Below are positions 1 to 10,366 of a stretch of 64,000 nucleotides of DNA, piece by piece. Source of the DNA: an uncultured bacterium (GTDB taxonomy: Bacteria > Margulisbacteria > WOR-1 > CAVSGV01); contig CAVYHE010000007.1 in the NCBI GenBank assembly GCA_963768305.1, forward strand, positions 125,485 through 189,484, read 5' to 3'. The notes under the pieces were generated by a model, which saw only the letters and a list, made by a program, of their open reading frames with translations, was not told the DNA's origin and made no database searches. Position 1 is the first letter of the stretch. Every line of letters begins with the position of its first letter. Both the position numbers and the translations under genes were made by a program.

Positions 1-458
1 GGGATTATATAATCGAGTTCCCGGGATGGAAAATGAACATGACGGACCTCCAGGCCGCTATCGGGATCGAATATCTTAAACGAATCGATAATGAAGCGGC
101 TGATCGTAAAAAATTGCTCGATGTCTACAATCGGCTCCTCGGCACATCAATAAAATCCGATCATATTTTCCAGACGATCGTCGCGAACAGGCCGGGTTTC
201 GTGAAATTCATGGAGGATAACGGTATTGAATGCAGCATGCACTTTAAACCGATCCACAAGCAGCCGGCATTCAAGAGCAGTTACAGAAAACTCCCGAAAA
301 CAGAGCATTTCGAGAAACTCGCCGTATCTCTTCCGCTCTTTCCGTCGATGAAAATATCGGAGGTCGAAGAGGTTTGCGCTCTCATGAACAAGTGGAATAA
401 AGATAACCCCCTGCCCCGCCAGGAATACATCGATTTTAAGCGGTTTTTGAAGGCATAA
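1..458 (+). CDS. DegT/DnrJ/EryC1/StrS-family PLP aminotransferase, C-terminal part (5' end outside window)
   Basis: Frame open from window start (DYIIEFPGWKMNMTDLQAAIG); family motifs MTDLQAAIG, HFKPIHKQPAF and SLPLFP. Confidence 0.85.
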   Translation, partial: DYIIEFPGWKMNMTDLQAAIGIEYLKRIDNEAADRKKLLDVYNRLLGTSIKSDHIFQTIVANRPGFVKFMEDNGIECSMHFKPIHKQPAFKSSYRKLPKTEHFEKLAVSLPLFPSMKISEVEEVCALMNKWNKDNPLPRQEYIDFKRFLKA

Positions 459-459
459 T

Positions 460-1551
460 ATGGGCATATTCAACTGCATCCCCGCGATGATGTACCATCA
501 TGTCAGCGATGAGCCGGAGAATTCGATATCGATCACTCCGCGGAATTTCGAAACACATATCAAATATCTGGCTGATTCAGGATATAAGTCGCTTCATTTG
601 CCTGAGTTCTTCGATATTCTCAAAGGATGGGATATCCCTGAAAAACTCGTCCTGATCACATTCGATGACGGATATGCGGATAACTACATCAACGCTTACC
701 CGATACTGAAGAAATATAATATGAAGGCGACGATATTTCCTGTTACCGCATTCGTAAATGACCGCATTGATCAACGAGGGAAGCTTCTTCCATCTTTCGA
801 ACTTTTAATGAGAACGCCGTTCGCGAACGGCCCTCTTGATGATTTCTTAACCTGGGATGAAATGAAAGAGATGGTGTCGAGCGGATTGATAGATATTCAG
901 GCGCACAGTCATGAACACGCCGCATATTTTGAGAGTGAAAATATCAGATCATTTTATGACGGGGGGATGGACACGAAACTAGCCTGGGCGACGAACGGTG
1001 ACTTGAGGCTTGGGATACCTGTGTACGAGACAGGGCCGTCCCTTTGCGTAAGAAGATATTTTGACGATAAGGTATTAAGGAACGAATTGGCCGAATATGT
1101 CATATGTCACGGCGGCGGGGACTTTATTTTCACTAATAAGGACAATATCAAAGCCCTGAAAGATATCGTAAAAAAACACGGCAGATTAAAAGGAAAATTT
1201 GAAACTGAAGCTGAATCGGAAAGCAGGATAATGAACGAGCTGGCATCGATCAAGGAATTGATCAGCAAGAAGTTGAATAAGAAAGTTGATTATATATGTT
1301 GGCCGTTTGGAAGTGTTGACGGTAAGTTGATCGGACGGGCAAAGCGGGCAGGTTATACAGGCGGTATCGGGATGAAGGGCGGAGCTAATATGAAATTAAC
1401 AAATGTGATGGATATCCATCGGTTCAATCCCTGCCGGAAAGACATTCCCTTGTTAAAAATGAAATTGTATAAACATTCGAATCTCTGGTTATCATTATAT
1501 AATGACAAGCGCATCGACAAATTACTGATCAGAAGAGAGAAGTTTTTGTGA
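460..1551 (+). CDS. Polysaccharide deacetylase (NodB homology)
   Basis: [23 protein letters not shown] and WPFG motifs. Confidence 0.9.
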   Translation: MGIFNCIPAMMYHHVSDEPENSISITPRNFETHIKYLADSGYKSLHLPEFFDILKGWDIPEKLVLITFDDGYADNYINAYPILKKYNMKATIFPVTAFVNDRIDQRGKLLPSFELLMRTPFANGPLDDFLTWDEMKEMVSSGLIDIQAHSHEHAAYFESENIRSFYDGGMDTKLAWATNGDLRLGIPVYETGPSLCVRRYFDDKVLRNELAEYVICHGGGDFIFTNKDNIKALKDIVKKHGRLKGKFETEAESESRIMNELASIKELISKKLNKKVDYICWPFGSVDGKLIGRAKRAGYTGGIGMKGGANMKLTNVMDIHRFNPCRKDIPLLKMKLYKHSNLWLSLYNDKRIDKLLIRREKFL

Positions 1552-3370
1552 ACGCTTTGACCTTGTTGATCATTGCGTTGTGTGTTTTTGTATTGGCATA
1601 CAGGTATTATTCGGCGTTCCTGTCAGCGAAGGTTTTGACTCTGGATACTTCAAGAAAGACGCCCGCCCATACATTAAATGACCATCACGATTACCACCCG
1701 ACGAACAAATGGGTCCTGTTCGGCCATCATTTTGCGGCGATAGCCGGAGCCGGGCCGCTTATCGGTCCTGTCCTTGCCGCGCAATTCGGATTCCTGCCCG
1801 GTGCGATCTGGATAATCATCGGCGCGGTTCTCGGTGGGGCCGTGCATGATTATGTCATTCTTTTCGCGTCGGTCAGACACAATGGGCTGTCACTTCACAA
1901 GATAGCGCGCGATTACATAGGAAGGACGACTGGGATAGCGACGGCCATAGCCGTGCTCTTTATAATCGTAACGGCGCTTGCCGGTTTATCGATAGTTGTC
2001 GTTAATGCGCTGGCTGAAAGCCCGTGGGGCACATTCGCGATAGCCGCTTCGATACCGGCTGCGATGATCGTCGGTTTTTACATGAACGTATTCCGTAAGA
2101 ACGCGATCATCGAAGCGTCCGTCATCGGGACAACGCTTTTGCTTCTCGCAGTTGTTTTCGGGTTCAATGTCCAGCATTCCGCGTTCGCGTTCCTTTTCAC
2201 ATTTACAAGACATCAGCTTGTCATTCTTCTGGTGCTATACGGGTTCTTTGCTTCGGTCCTTCCTGTCTGGCTTCTTCTTGCCCCGCGCGATTATATAAGC
2301 TCGTATCTGAAGATCGGCGCGATCGGGCTTCTGGGCATCGGAATATTTCTCGTACATCCAATGCTCAAGATGCCGGCGGTAACACCGTTCATCCACGGCG
2401 GCGGCCCCATAATCCCCGGAAAAGTGTGGCCTTTCGTATGCATCACGATCGCCTGCGGCGCGATATCGGGTTTTCACGCGCTGATATCGTCCGGCACGAC
2501 GCCGAAGATGGTATCCAATGAAAAAGAGATCCGGATGATCGGATACGGCGCGATGCTTGTGGAAGGATTCGTGGCGATAATGGCGCTTATCGCGGCGACC
2601 GCGCTTTTCCCTGGCGATTATTTCGCGATAAATACTGCGCCGGCGGTTTTCGCCAAATTGAAAATGAGCACGATAAATATAATCCCGCTGTCAAAGATGG
2701 TGCAGGAAAATATTATCGGCCGTCCGGGCGGAGCCGTCTCTCTGGCGGTCGGAATGGCACAGATATTTTCGGGATTGCCGGGAATGAAATCACTGATGGG
2801 TTACTGGTATCATTTCGCGATAATGTTCGAGGCGCTTTTTATTTTAACAACGATCGATGCAGGGACAAGGGTCGCGAGATATATTACACAGGAGATCTGG
2901 GGAAATTCTCAAAGCCTTTGGGAGACACGAAATGGATGCCGGGGATAATTTTGACGAGCGCGATGGTGGTTTTCGCCTGGGGATATCTTGTGTACAACGG
3001 TGATATTTCGACCATCTGGCCTATGTTTGGCGTGGCCAACCAGCTGTTAGCAACCGTCGCGCTTGTGATAGGGACTTCGGTGATATTGAAGAACAATAGG
3101 AAAAAAGTTTACGCGCTGATAACGTTCCTTCCAATGCTTTTCATGCTTGCGACAACCGTTACCGCCGGCGTCATGAACATATTCATCAATTATCTTCCTC
3201 AAAGATCGTTCAACGGGAATCTGAACGCATTCCTTTCCATTGTAATGCTTATGCTTGTCGTGATAATAGTCATTGATTCATCGATCAAGTGGGTGATCTA
3301 TCTTAAATGGCACAGAATGATCTTCAAACGCGCTTATGGAAAAGATGAAGCGATGGAATTGGATATTTAG
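1548..3370 (+). pseudogene. cstA: Carbon starvation protein A (peptide/pyruvate transporter), split by a 1-nt frameshift near 2901-2906; probably a sequencing indel
   Basis: [16 protein letters not shown] and [10 protein letters not shown] in 1548..2948; IWPMFGVANQLLA in 2918..3370; adding one A to ggaaattc gives continuous [16 protein letters not shown]. Confidence 0.9.
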
Positions 3371-3377
3371 GAATCGC

Positions 3378-3409
3378 AATAAGAGCGTGCAACCGATGCA
3401 CGCCTTATT
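3378..3409. terminator. Probable bidirectional intrinsic terminator between convergent genes
   Basis: aataag-a-gcgtgca-accga-tgcacgc-cttatt inverted repeat. Confidence 0.6.
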
Positions 3410-3651
3410 TACATGTATGGATTTACATTCTCTACTTTGGGCTGCTTCTTAGGTTTCTTTTTGTTCAGCGACACTTTACGGTGTTTAGCGACTTTGGCCT
3501 TTTTCTTAGAGATCTTCTTTTTAACTTTAATAACCTTGCTTACTTTATGCGGCTTTTTCAAATTATGCGACGAACTTTTTGCGGAAACAAATGAAGGGGA
3601 TAGAGAAAAAACAAAAAGGATCAGTAATATAAAAGCTAACATTTTTTTCAT
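3409..3651 (-). CDS. Small exported Lys-rich basic protein (80 aa)
   Basis: ATG at 3651 after ggtgag; signal peptide MKKMLAFILLILFVFSLSPSFVSA followed by a K-rich tail. Confidence 0.65.
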   Translation of the reverse strand: MKKMLAFILLILFVFSLSPSFVSAKSSSHNLKKPHKVSKVIKVKKKISKKKAKVAKHRKVSLNKKKPKKQPKVENVNPYM

Positions 3652-3676
3652 ATTCTCACCGCCTTTTGAATTTGAT

Positions 3677-3976
3677 CTATTTCTTCCTGATCTCTTCCTC
3701 CACCTCTTTGGCCCCTTTATCATAGAATTGCTGCTCATCCGGAGCCAGTTCCTTTAAGAGCCTTAGGAATTCCCCTGCATGCACCTTTTCTTCATCGGCA
3801 ATGTCCTTAAGGACTTCTTGAGCCAGCTTATTATCGGTTGATTCCGCAAGTTGGATATACATCTGAATGGCCTCATATTCCGCGGCGACCATAAAACGGA
3901 TGGCACGGATCAATTCCTCTTTATTGACTCTTCTGTCTTTTGCTAATCCTGAAAATGGATTTCCAAAATCTGGCAT
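3677..3976 (-). CDS. Short ferritin-like/rubrerythrin-family protein
   Basis: AEYEAIQMY and DEEKVHAGEF di-iron motifs; GGAGG RBS. Confidence 0.85.
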   Translation of the reverse strand: MPDFGNPFSGLAKDRRVNKEELIRAIRFMVAAEYEAIQMYIQLAESTDNKLAQEVLKDIADEEKVHAGEFLRLLKELAPDEQQFYDKGAKEVEEEIRKK

Positions 3977-4106
3977 AATCCACCTCCTATTATTTGAATT
4001 ATACGCCAGAGGGAGGATGTTTCAAGTAATACTGGCAGGTCTTTCAGGCAGGGCTAACTGGCAAGTTTGATGGAAAAAGAGTATAATATAGCTTGCGGGG
4101 TGGAAA

Positions 4107-4286
4107 ATGGACCAAAAAAGAGAAAACCAAACAAATAGCGCCGCCAGCACCGCAGTAATCCAAATGTCTACTGACCGAAAGTGCGCGTGCGGCAGGGAAA
4201 AAATGCGGTCTTTTGAATGGTGCGAAAAATGCACGGCAAAAAAAGCAAAAGCTAATGCCCTATTGATAAAAAAATGGCGGGAATAG
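4107..4286 (+). CDS. Putative 59-aa zinc-binding microprotein
   Basis: Hand translation MDQKRENQTNSAASTAVIQMSTDRKCACGREKMRSFEWCEKCTAKKAKANALLIKKWRE; TATAAT at 4082-4087 and ggggtgga upstream. Confidence 0.5.
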   Translation: MDQKRENQTNSAASTAVIQMSTDRKCACGREKMRSFEWCEKCTAKKAKANALLIKKWRE

Positions 4287-4304
4287 ATAGGGGGCCCTTG
4301 ATCC

Positions 4305-4808
4305 CTACACCCCAAACCCGATCCTTTTGCTTCGTTTCTCAGGCGGCTGAACTATCTCCCTTAAAGCATCAAATACTACTTTAAATTGCATATCGTACTT
4401 TTTTTCAAGTTCATCGATCTTATGTAACAGATCCTTATGTGAAGAGATCAGCTGCCGCAACCTTACAAAAGTCTGCATGATCTGAATGTTAACCTGAATA
4501 GCTCTTTTGCTTTTCAGGACGCTTGAAAGCATTGCCACGCCTTGTTCGGTAAAAGCATAAGGCAAACTGGAGGAATGTTTGAGTGGCACGAACCTATCAC
4601 AATTTGTGATAAGTTCCTTTTTCTCTTTTTCTGTCAGTTTGAACATAAAACCCGCGGGAAAACGCTCCAGATTTCGTTTCACAGACTGATTTAAGACCAT
4701 GGTCTTAACTTGATATAATTCTGCCAGATCACGATCAATTATGACCTTATATCCTTTAATATAAAATATGCGATTCTCAATAATTTCAATCGGGATCAAT
4801 TTATTCAT
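4305..4808 (-). CDS. ORF6N (KilA-N-like) DNA-binding domain protein
   Basis: VIIDRDLAELYQV, NQSVKRNLERFP, PYAFTEQGVAMLSSVL and C-terminal RIGF; likely ATG at 4808. Confidence 0.9.
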   Translation of the reverse strand: MNKLIPIEIIENRIFYIKGYKVIIDRDLAELYQVKTMVLNQSVKRNLERFPAGFMFKLTEKEKKELITNCDRFVPLKHSSSLPYAFTEQGVAMLSSVLKSKRAIQVNIQIMQTFVRLRQLISSHKDLLHKIDELEKKYDMQFKVVFDALREIVQPPEKRSKRIGFGV

Positions 4809-4823
4809 ATCGGCATCCCTCAA

Positions 4824-4955
4824 TTACGATATCTTTTCGTAACTGATGATCCTCTCCCTTAAATAAGCCCTGCTCAACCACGCTTTCAATTCCTCTTCGC
4901 TTATCACTATCTCTCGAATCTGATTCATTGGCAGCCGGTACATCACTTTATACAT
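4824..4955 (-). CDS. Putative 43-aa hypothetical protein
   Basis: Hand translation MYKVMYRLPMNQIREIVISEEELKAWLSRAYLRERIISYEKIS; fills the gap between comM and the ORF6N gene. Confidence 0.4.
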   Translation of the reverse strand: MYKVMYRLPMNQIREIVISEEELKAWLSRAYLRERIISYEKIS

Positions 4956-4967
4956 AATAATCACTTC

Positions 4968-6494
4968 CTATTTTCCACGGTCTAACGATCGATATTGTAT
5001 CGCCTCAGCAATATGGCTAGCTTTAATGACTTCCGAATTTTCAAGGTCAGCGATCGTTCTCGATACCTTCAAAATCCTATCGTAACTTCGTCCGCTCATC
5101 TTCAGCTGGATTATCGCCGATTTGATAAGCGTCTCGGCTTCCCCCTCCAGCCGGCAAAATTCCTTAACATGCCTGGGAAGCATCCTCGCGTTGCACCGGA
5201 CCTTTGACGCGGCAAATCTTTTTATCTGCATGTCCCGCGCTTTCGTAACTCTTTGCCTTATAGCTTCCGATGTTTCACCAGGCGAATATGAAACTAATTC
5301 CTCTTTTTTCAATCTGGGAACTTCAACGTGAATATCGATCCTGTCAAGCAGCGGCCCTGAAAGCTTGCTCCAGTACTTTTGCACTCTGAAAGAAGGACAT
5401 GTGCATGTCTTGGTCGGATCCATGTAATTCCCGCACGGGCATGGGTTCATTGCCGCTACGAACATGAATTCCGCCGGATATGTGACGCAGCTCGCCGCTC
5501 TGGCGATGGTGACTACGCCATCCTCCAGCGGCTGGCGCAGGACTTCCAGAACATCTCTTTCAAATTCAGGGAATTCATCAAGAAAAAGTATCCCCATGTG
5601 AGCCAGGCTCACTTCTCCGGGACGCGGGATCCTTCCTCCGCCGATTATCCCGATATCCGATGTCGTGTGATGCGGCGATCTGAACGGCCTTTCGGTAACT
5701 AATGCTTTTTTGGAATTTAGTAAGCCTGTAATACTGTAAAGTTTCGTAACGTCAAGCGCTTCTTCGATAGTGAGCGGCGGAAGTATCGTCGGCAAACGCT
5801 TGGCAAGCATTGTTTTCCCTGAACCCGGCGGCCCGATCATTAAAATATTGTGCCCGCCGGCAGCGGCAACTTCCAGAGCTCTTTTTGCGTGCCCCTGCCC
5901 TTTCGTATCAGAGAAATCGATATCGAAAGCGATCATTGATGTGAAAAGAGCGGTAAGATCGATCGTGTGCGGCTTGATCGAAATGTCCCCATTCAAATAT
6001 CCCGCGGCTTCCCGAAGATCGGCGCAGGAGATCACATCGATGCCGGAAACCAAAGCAGCTTCATCGGCATTATCTTTCGGGACTAAAACTCTTTTGATTT
6101 CAGTCCCTGCCATCGATATGATCATGGGTAGAACGCCGTTGACCGGCCGCAAACTCCCGTCAAGGGACAGCTCGCCGATGATAACTGTTCCAGCTAGTAG
6201 ATCGGTTTTGATCTGGCTGGAAGACGCAAGCATCGCGATAGCTATCGGAAGATCGTAGAGTGGTCCTTCTTTTCTGATGTCAGCAGGCGCAAGATTGATC
6301 GTAAAATAGCCTGGTGGGAATTCAAAGCCGGAATTGTTTATCGCGAACTTGACCCTGTCTCGGCTTTCTTTCACCGCCGCATCCGGCAGCCCGACGATCG
6401 ATTGGCCGGGAAGCCCGCGAGTTGAATCGACCTCAACTTCAACGACAAAACCGTCAAGGCCTGATATCGCGGCGCTATTGATCTTAACTAACAT
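4968..6494 (-). CDS. comM: YifB/ComM Mg-chelatase-like AAA+ ATPase
   Basis: INLAPADIRKEG, GPPGSGKT, RSPHHT, PGEVSLAH, LFLDEFPEF and MNPCPCG; start MLVKINS at 6494. Confidence 0.95.
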   Translation of the reverse strand: MLVKINSAAISGLDGFVVEVEVDSTRGLPGQSIVGLPDAAVKESRDRVKFAINNSGFEFPPGYFTINLAPADIRKEGPLYDLPIAIAMLASSSQIKTDLLAGTVIIGELSLDGSLRPVNGVLPMIISMAGTEIKRVLVPKDNADEAALVSGIDVISCADLREAAGYLNGDISIKPHTIDLTALFTSMIAFDIDFSDTKGQGHAKRALEVAAAGGHNILMIGPPGSGKTMLAKRLPTILPPLTIEEALDVTKLYSITGLLNSKKALVTERPFRSPHHTTSDIGIIGGGRIPRPGEVSLAHMGILFLDEFPEFERDVLEVLRQPLEDGVVTIARAASCVTYPAEFMFVAAMNPCPCGNYMDPTKTCTCPSFRVQKYWSKLSGPLLDRIDIHVEVPRLKKEELVSYSPGETSEAIRQRVTKARDMQIKRFAASKVRCNARMLPRHVKEFCRLEGEAETLIKSAIIQLKMSGRSYDRILKVSRTIADLENSEVIKASHIAEAIQYRSLDRGK

Positions 6495-6852
6495 TGAAGG
6501 CGTCCTTAACGAGTTCAAAGTTCGGAAGCCCGTTCCAGCTTCTGTAGATGCCGAGCACGTCGAACCTGCAATTAACATCTTTGATGTTGTTCTTCATAAG
6601 ATATGTTCTCGCAGCATGTATCATGCTCTTTTTCTTTGACGGACCGACGGCACCAAGCGGGAAGCCGAAACTGCTCATAGAATATGATTTAACTTCAACG
6701 AACACCAGAAATTCCCCATCTTTCGCGATAATATCAATTTCACCCTGCTGAGAATGATAATTTCTGTCGATGATCTTATAATCATGTTCAATGAGATATG
6801 TTATGGCTGTGTCTTCGCCTTCCTTTCCTAGTATCGTGCTTTCTTTGCCCAT
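6484..6852 (-). CDS. yraN: YraN/UPF0102 family nuclease-like protein
   Basis: LGKEGE, GEIDIIA, LVFVEVK and RFDV; conserved position next to comM and rnhB. Confidence 0.9.
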   Translation of the reverse strand: MGKESTILGKEGEDTAITYLIEHDYKIIDRNYHSQQGEIDIIAKDGEFLVFVEVKSYSMSSFGFPLGAVGPSKKKSMIHAARTYLMKNNIKDVNCRFDVLGIYRSWNGLPNFELVKDAFNVS

Positions 6853-7017
6853 GTCAAAAGGAATAGCAATTATCTTGCCGCTGGTTAATATGTGAGATCG
6901 TGAATATTATAAAGGGGAAAAACCGGATGGAAGTGTCTGAATCAGCAACAATTGACGAAAATGGCTACAATAAAATCTCAACCTCTTCATCTCGTCATCT
7001 CATCGCCTCGTCATAGT

Positions 7018-7067
7018 CAACAAAAACCCTCTATGCTCTCATCTTCTGAACATAGAGGGTTCTGTTG
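7018..7067 (-). terminator. Probable intrinsic terminator downstream of the HU gene
   Basis: Minus strand reads aaccctctatg...catagagggtt followed by a U-rich tail. Confidence 0.6.
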
Positions 7068-7111
7068 TGATCCCGCATATCCCGCGTTTAAATGCGGGAT
7101 ATATCTGCCAA

Positions 7112-7384
7112 CTAATTTATCGAGCTGAGCAATTCCTGGCCGGCTGAAAACTTGACAACGTTCCTGGCCGGGATGTTCAACGATTGCCCTGTTTTCGGGT
7201 TCCTGCCTATCCTTGCTTTCCTTCTTAATCTCTTCCAGCTCCCGAAATTCACCATCTGTACTTTTTCACCTCTCTTCAGGGCTCCGCCCATAAGAGTGAA
7301 AGTGGTTTCGATTATTTTGGAGCAGGTTGATTTGGATTGCATGGTTTTCGAGGCTACTTGAGCGATCAATTCCTGTTTATTCAT
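7112..7384 (-). CDS. hup: HU-family DNA-binding protein
   Basis: MNKQELI, NFGSW, RIGRNPKTG and VKFSAG; GGAGGT RBS. Confidence 0.95.
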   Translation of the reverse strand: MNKQELIAQVASKTMQSKSTCSKIIETTFTLMGGALKRGEKVQMVNFGSWKRLRRKARIGRNPKTGQSLNIPARNVVKFSAGQELLSSIN

Positions 7385-7522
7385 TTATCTCACCTCCTTC
7401 ATTCGAAAGATTATCAGAGGTTCAGGAAATTCTTGATCTGCGGGAAGTATAGCTCACTGCCCTCATGAATGTCAAGTGAATTCGAGGGTTTTAGAAAGAG
7501 CCTGTCAGCAAAGGTTTATGGG

Positions 7523-8158
7523 TCAAAGCATAATCAGTCCGCGTTTTATCAGGCAATTATATACCGGCTGATAGGAATATCGATGTATCGCAACAGGACC
7601 GAATTTTTTAAGGCATTTGATATGCGCTTTTGTTCCATATCCTTTATGGTTAGCAAACCCGTAATGAGGGTAAACCCGATCGTAATGGTCCATCAGCCGG
7701 TCTCGAACTACCTTGGCCACGATCGATGCTGTCGCGATGGCCGATGAAACGCTGTCCCCATGCTTGATGCTTGTCTGCGGGATATCGATGTTCGGGATCT
7801 TCCTGATGCCGTCCACCAATATGTGATCCGGCTTTTTTGATAGTGAAATGACAGCTTCTTCCATGGCTTTTAAAGAGGCCTGAAGGATATTGATGCTGTC
7901 TATCATCCAGCTGTCGACGATCCCTATTCCGATCGAAACAGAAGATCTGGCAATCACACTGAAAAGTTTTTCTCTGTCCCTTGGAGATAATTTTTTTGAA
8001 TCATCAATGCCTTTGATCTTGTCATCCTCGCGAAGGATAACTGCGGCTGCTACGACCGGTCCGGCAAGAGGCCCTATCCCTACTTCATCAACGCCAGCAA
8101 TAAGATCCGCACCTGATCTTCGTAATTTCAGTTCATGCCTCATGGACACTGCTGCCAT
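7523..8158 (-). CDS. rnhB: Ribonuclease HII
   Basis: AGVDEVGIGPLAGPV, DSKKL, ASIVAKV and HKGYGT. Confidence 0.95.
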   Translation of the reverse strand: MAAVSMRHELKLRRSGADLIAGVDEVGIGPLAGPVVAAAVILREDDKIKGIDDSKKLSPRDREKLFSVIARSSVSIGIGIVDSWMIDSINILQASLKAMEEAVISLSKKPDHILVDGIRKIPNIDIPQTSIKHGDSVSSAIATASIVAKVVRDRLMDHYDRVYPHYGFANHKGYGTKAHIKCLKKFGPVAIHRYSYQPVYNCLIKRGLIML

Positions 8159-8200
8159 TGCGGACTTCCTTGAAGGATCAAAAATTAGAAAACAGGGACT

Positions 8201-8590
8201 TTATTCTGCGGCTTTTTTCTCTTTTTGAACAGAAGCTTTTACTTCTGTTTCTGCTTCGGCGACTCTCAGCGCTTGTGAACCGATGCGCTTCCTTAAATAA
8301 TAAAGTTTTGCTCTTCTGGCGCGCCCGGCTTTTATGACCTTTATTTTATCGACCCTTGGCGAATGAAGCGGAAAAGTTTTCTCCACTCCTATTCCCTGGA
8401 CCATTTTTCTGACAGTAACGACTTCGCCTATGCCCCTGCCGCGCTTTTTTATCACAGTTCCTTCGAATGCCTGCAGACGCTCTTTGTCGCCTTCGATTAT
8501 TTTGGAGAACACTCTTACGGTGTCGCCGACATTAAATACTGGGATCTCCTTTTTCATGAAACCTTTTTCTATGTCAGATATGATGCTCAT
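8201..8590 (-). CDS. rplS: 50S ribosomal protein L19
   Basis: GDTVRV, ERLQAFEG, GVEKTFPLHSP and RRAKLYYLR. Confidence 0.97.
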   Translation of the reverse strand: MSIISDIEKGFMKKEIPVFNVGDTVRVFSKIIEGDKERLQAFEGTVIKKRGRGIGEVVTVRKMVQGIGVEKTFPLHSPRVDKIKVIKAGRARRAKLYYLRKRIGSQALRVAEAETEVKASVQKEKKAAE

Positions 8591-8616
8591 TTCTTTCACT
8601 CCTTGTAATTAAATAT

Positions 8617-9162
8617 CTATTTCCCGAAAAGCCTGTCCAGTATTATCGCCGCCGCGCTCCTAACCGAAAGATGATTGTATCCCGTTTCTCCGCATATCGG
8701 CGGGAGGACTATATCCGCCCCGTCGATCACTTCTTCGCAGAGTCCCCATCCTGTTCCGAATAGGATGAGATGCGGCCTCTTGGACCTCTTTATCTCTTCG
8801 CGCAGCTTTTCGTAAGGATAACTCCCTTTTTTCTTCGCGCTTGTCGCTATCACTATGGGAGTTCCGCCCTTACTTATTTCGTCAATGACTTCCTTTAATT
8901 CCTTTTTAACAGAAACTAAGTTAAGCGCTTCCACCCTTGTGGGATTAAAATCCTGGCTCTCGTCCTTTTTCCAGTGGTTCAGTATCCTTTCTGCGAACTG
9001 GCGCTGGCCGCTGACAGGGTTCACGACATAATATTTCTTAATTCCGTACGTGCAGCAGGTCCTGGCAATGTCAGAAAGGTCAAAGCCGGTGATACACGTG
9101 GTAACAACGTCTTTGTTCTTATTATATACCGGAAAGTGAAGCAGCGCAACGTATACGCTCAC
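8617..9162 (-). CDS. SPOUT RNA methyltransferase, Tm1570-like
   Basis: YVALLHFPV, DIARTCCTYG, LFGTGWGL and YNHLSVRSAAAIILDRL; GTG start overlaps the trmD stop (GTGA). Confidence 0.85.
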   Translation of the reverse strand: MSVYVALLHFPVYNKNKDVVTTCITGFDLSDIARTCCTYGIKKYYVVNPVSGQRQFAERILNHWKKDESQDFNPTRVEALNLVSVKKELKEVIDEISKGGTPIVIATSAKKKGSYPYEKLREEIKRSKRPHLILFGTGWGLCEEVIDGADIVLPPICGETGYNHLSVRSAAAIILDRLFGK

Positions 9163-9896
9163 TTTTGCCCCTCTGTGAACAGGTTTTCCAGTGTTTCCAT
9201 GCCATTTTTTGTGATGTCCGCTGATACCAAAAGGTCCGGCCTGTTGAAAAAGGTATTGATGACCGCCTTTTCTTTTCTCCATTTGGCGATATGCTTATGA
9301 TTGCCGCTTAATAAAACTTCCGGAACGCTCTTTCCCTTATAGTTTGCCGGCTTTGTATACTGCGGATACTCTAATAATCCATGAGAAAATGATTCGTCTT
9401 CCGGTGATGATTCATTCCCCAATACTCCCGGTATAAGCCTTGAAACTGCATCGATTACCGCTATCGCGGCCGGCTCTCCTCCGGTAAGGACATAATCGCC
9501 GATCGATATTTCTTCGTCGATGATATCCTTGACCCTCTCATCCACGCCTTCATAATGCCCGCAGATAAGGACCAATCTATCGCACTTCGCTAATTGCTGG
9601 GCCATTTTCTGGTTGAACATCTTTCCTGCGGGCGAAAGAAGGATGATTTTTTCTTTTTGAGCTTTGGATCTCATGTTAACTGCTTCCAAAGCTTCAAGTA
9701 TCAGATCGGCTTTCATGACCATCCCCGCTCCTCCGCCGTATGGAGTATCATCAGCAGTGTGATGCTTGTCTTTGGCAAAGTTCCTTATATCCGTTATGAC
9801 AATATCAAGTATGCCTTTGCTTTTTGCTTTGCCGATAATGCTTTCCTCAAGCGAAGGGAACATCGAGGGGAAAAGAGTTAATATATCGATCCTCAT
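9159..9896 (-). CDS. trmD: tRNA (guanine-N1)-methyltransferase
   Basis: DDTPYGGGAGMV, CGHYEGVDER, SIGDYVLTGGE and LEYPQYT. Confidence 0.97.
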   Translation of the reverse strand: MRIDILTLFPSMFPSLEESIIGKAKSKGILDIVITDIRNFAKDKHHTADDTPYGGGAGMVMKADLILEALEAVNMRSKAQKEKIILLSPAGKMFNQKMAQQLAKCDRLVLICGHYEGVDERVKDIIDEEISIGDYVLTGGEPAAIAVIDAVSRLIPGVLGNESSPEDESFSHGLLEYPQYTKPANYKGKSVPEVLLSGNHKHIAKWRKEKAVINTFFNRPDLLVSADITKNGMETLENLFTEGQK

Positions 9897-9936
9897 TGAA
9901 ATCTAAGGTGAAAGGTCTGCCGCTTTTTAGTAGCCG

Positions 9937-10362
9937 TTACTCGGCGTTCCTGATCTCCTGGATCACTCCGTCCTTTACCAGTATTTCCGCGGCGCCTATT
10001 TTTTTGTAAAGATTATCGCCCATTTTTACGGTGACCGGACCTTCCAGTGGCCCCTGAACGAACTCGGTATTGAGAGTTAATTTCTTTGCTTCTTCGATCT
10101 TCGCCTGAAGGTCGGCCTTTGCCGCAGCCTGCCGGCCTTTTTCTTCTTCAAGCTGATGTTTGAACGCCGTCATCTGCGAGATCATGCCTTTTTTCTTAAG
10201 ATCTTCCATGTATGTTTTCGCCTGAAAATCCATCTGCTGGCCCTGCGTGTCCAGGTTCTTGATCGCCCTGTCCAGTTCTTTCATAAGATTGTCCTTGAAT
10301 GCCTGCGTCACGATCGCTTTTACCATTACGACCCTTTTCAATTCTATTTCTTTTTCTGCCAT
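9937..10362 (-). CDS. ylqD: YlqD-family protein
   Basis: LKRVVMVKAIVT, central coiled coil and EILVKDGVIQEIR; position after khpA. Confidence 0.8.
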   Translation of the reverse strand: MAEKEIELKRVVMVKAIVTQAFKDNLMKELDRAIKNLDTQGQQMDFQAKTYMEDLKKKGMISQMTAFKHQLEEEKGRQAAAKADLQAKIEEAKKLTLNTEFVQGPLEGPVTVKMGDNLYKKIGAAEILVKDGVIQEIRNAE

Positions 10363-10366
10363 AAGC

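Noticed and set aside
2895..2925. Programmed ribosomal frameshift in cstA
   Set aside because: No canonical slippery heptamer or stimulatory structure seen; a one-base loss in a short A run explains it
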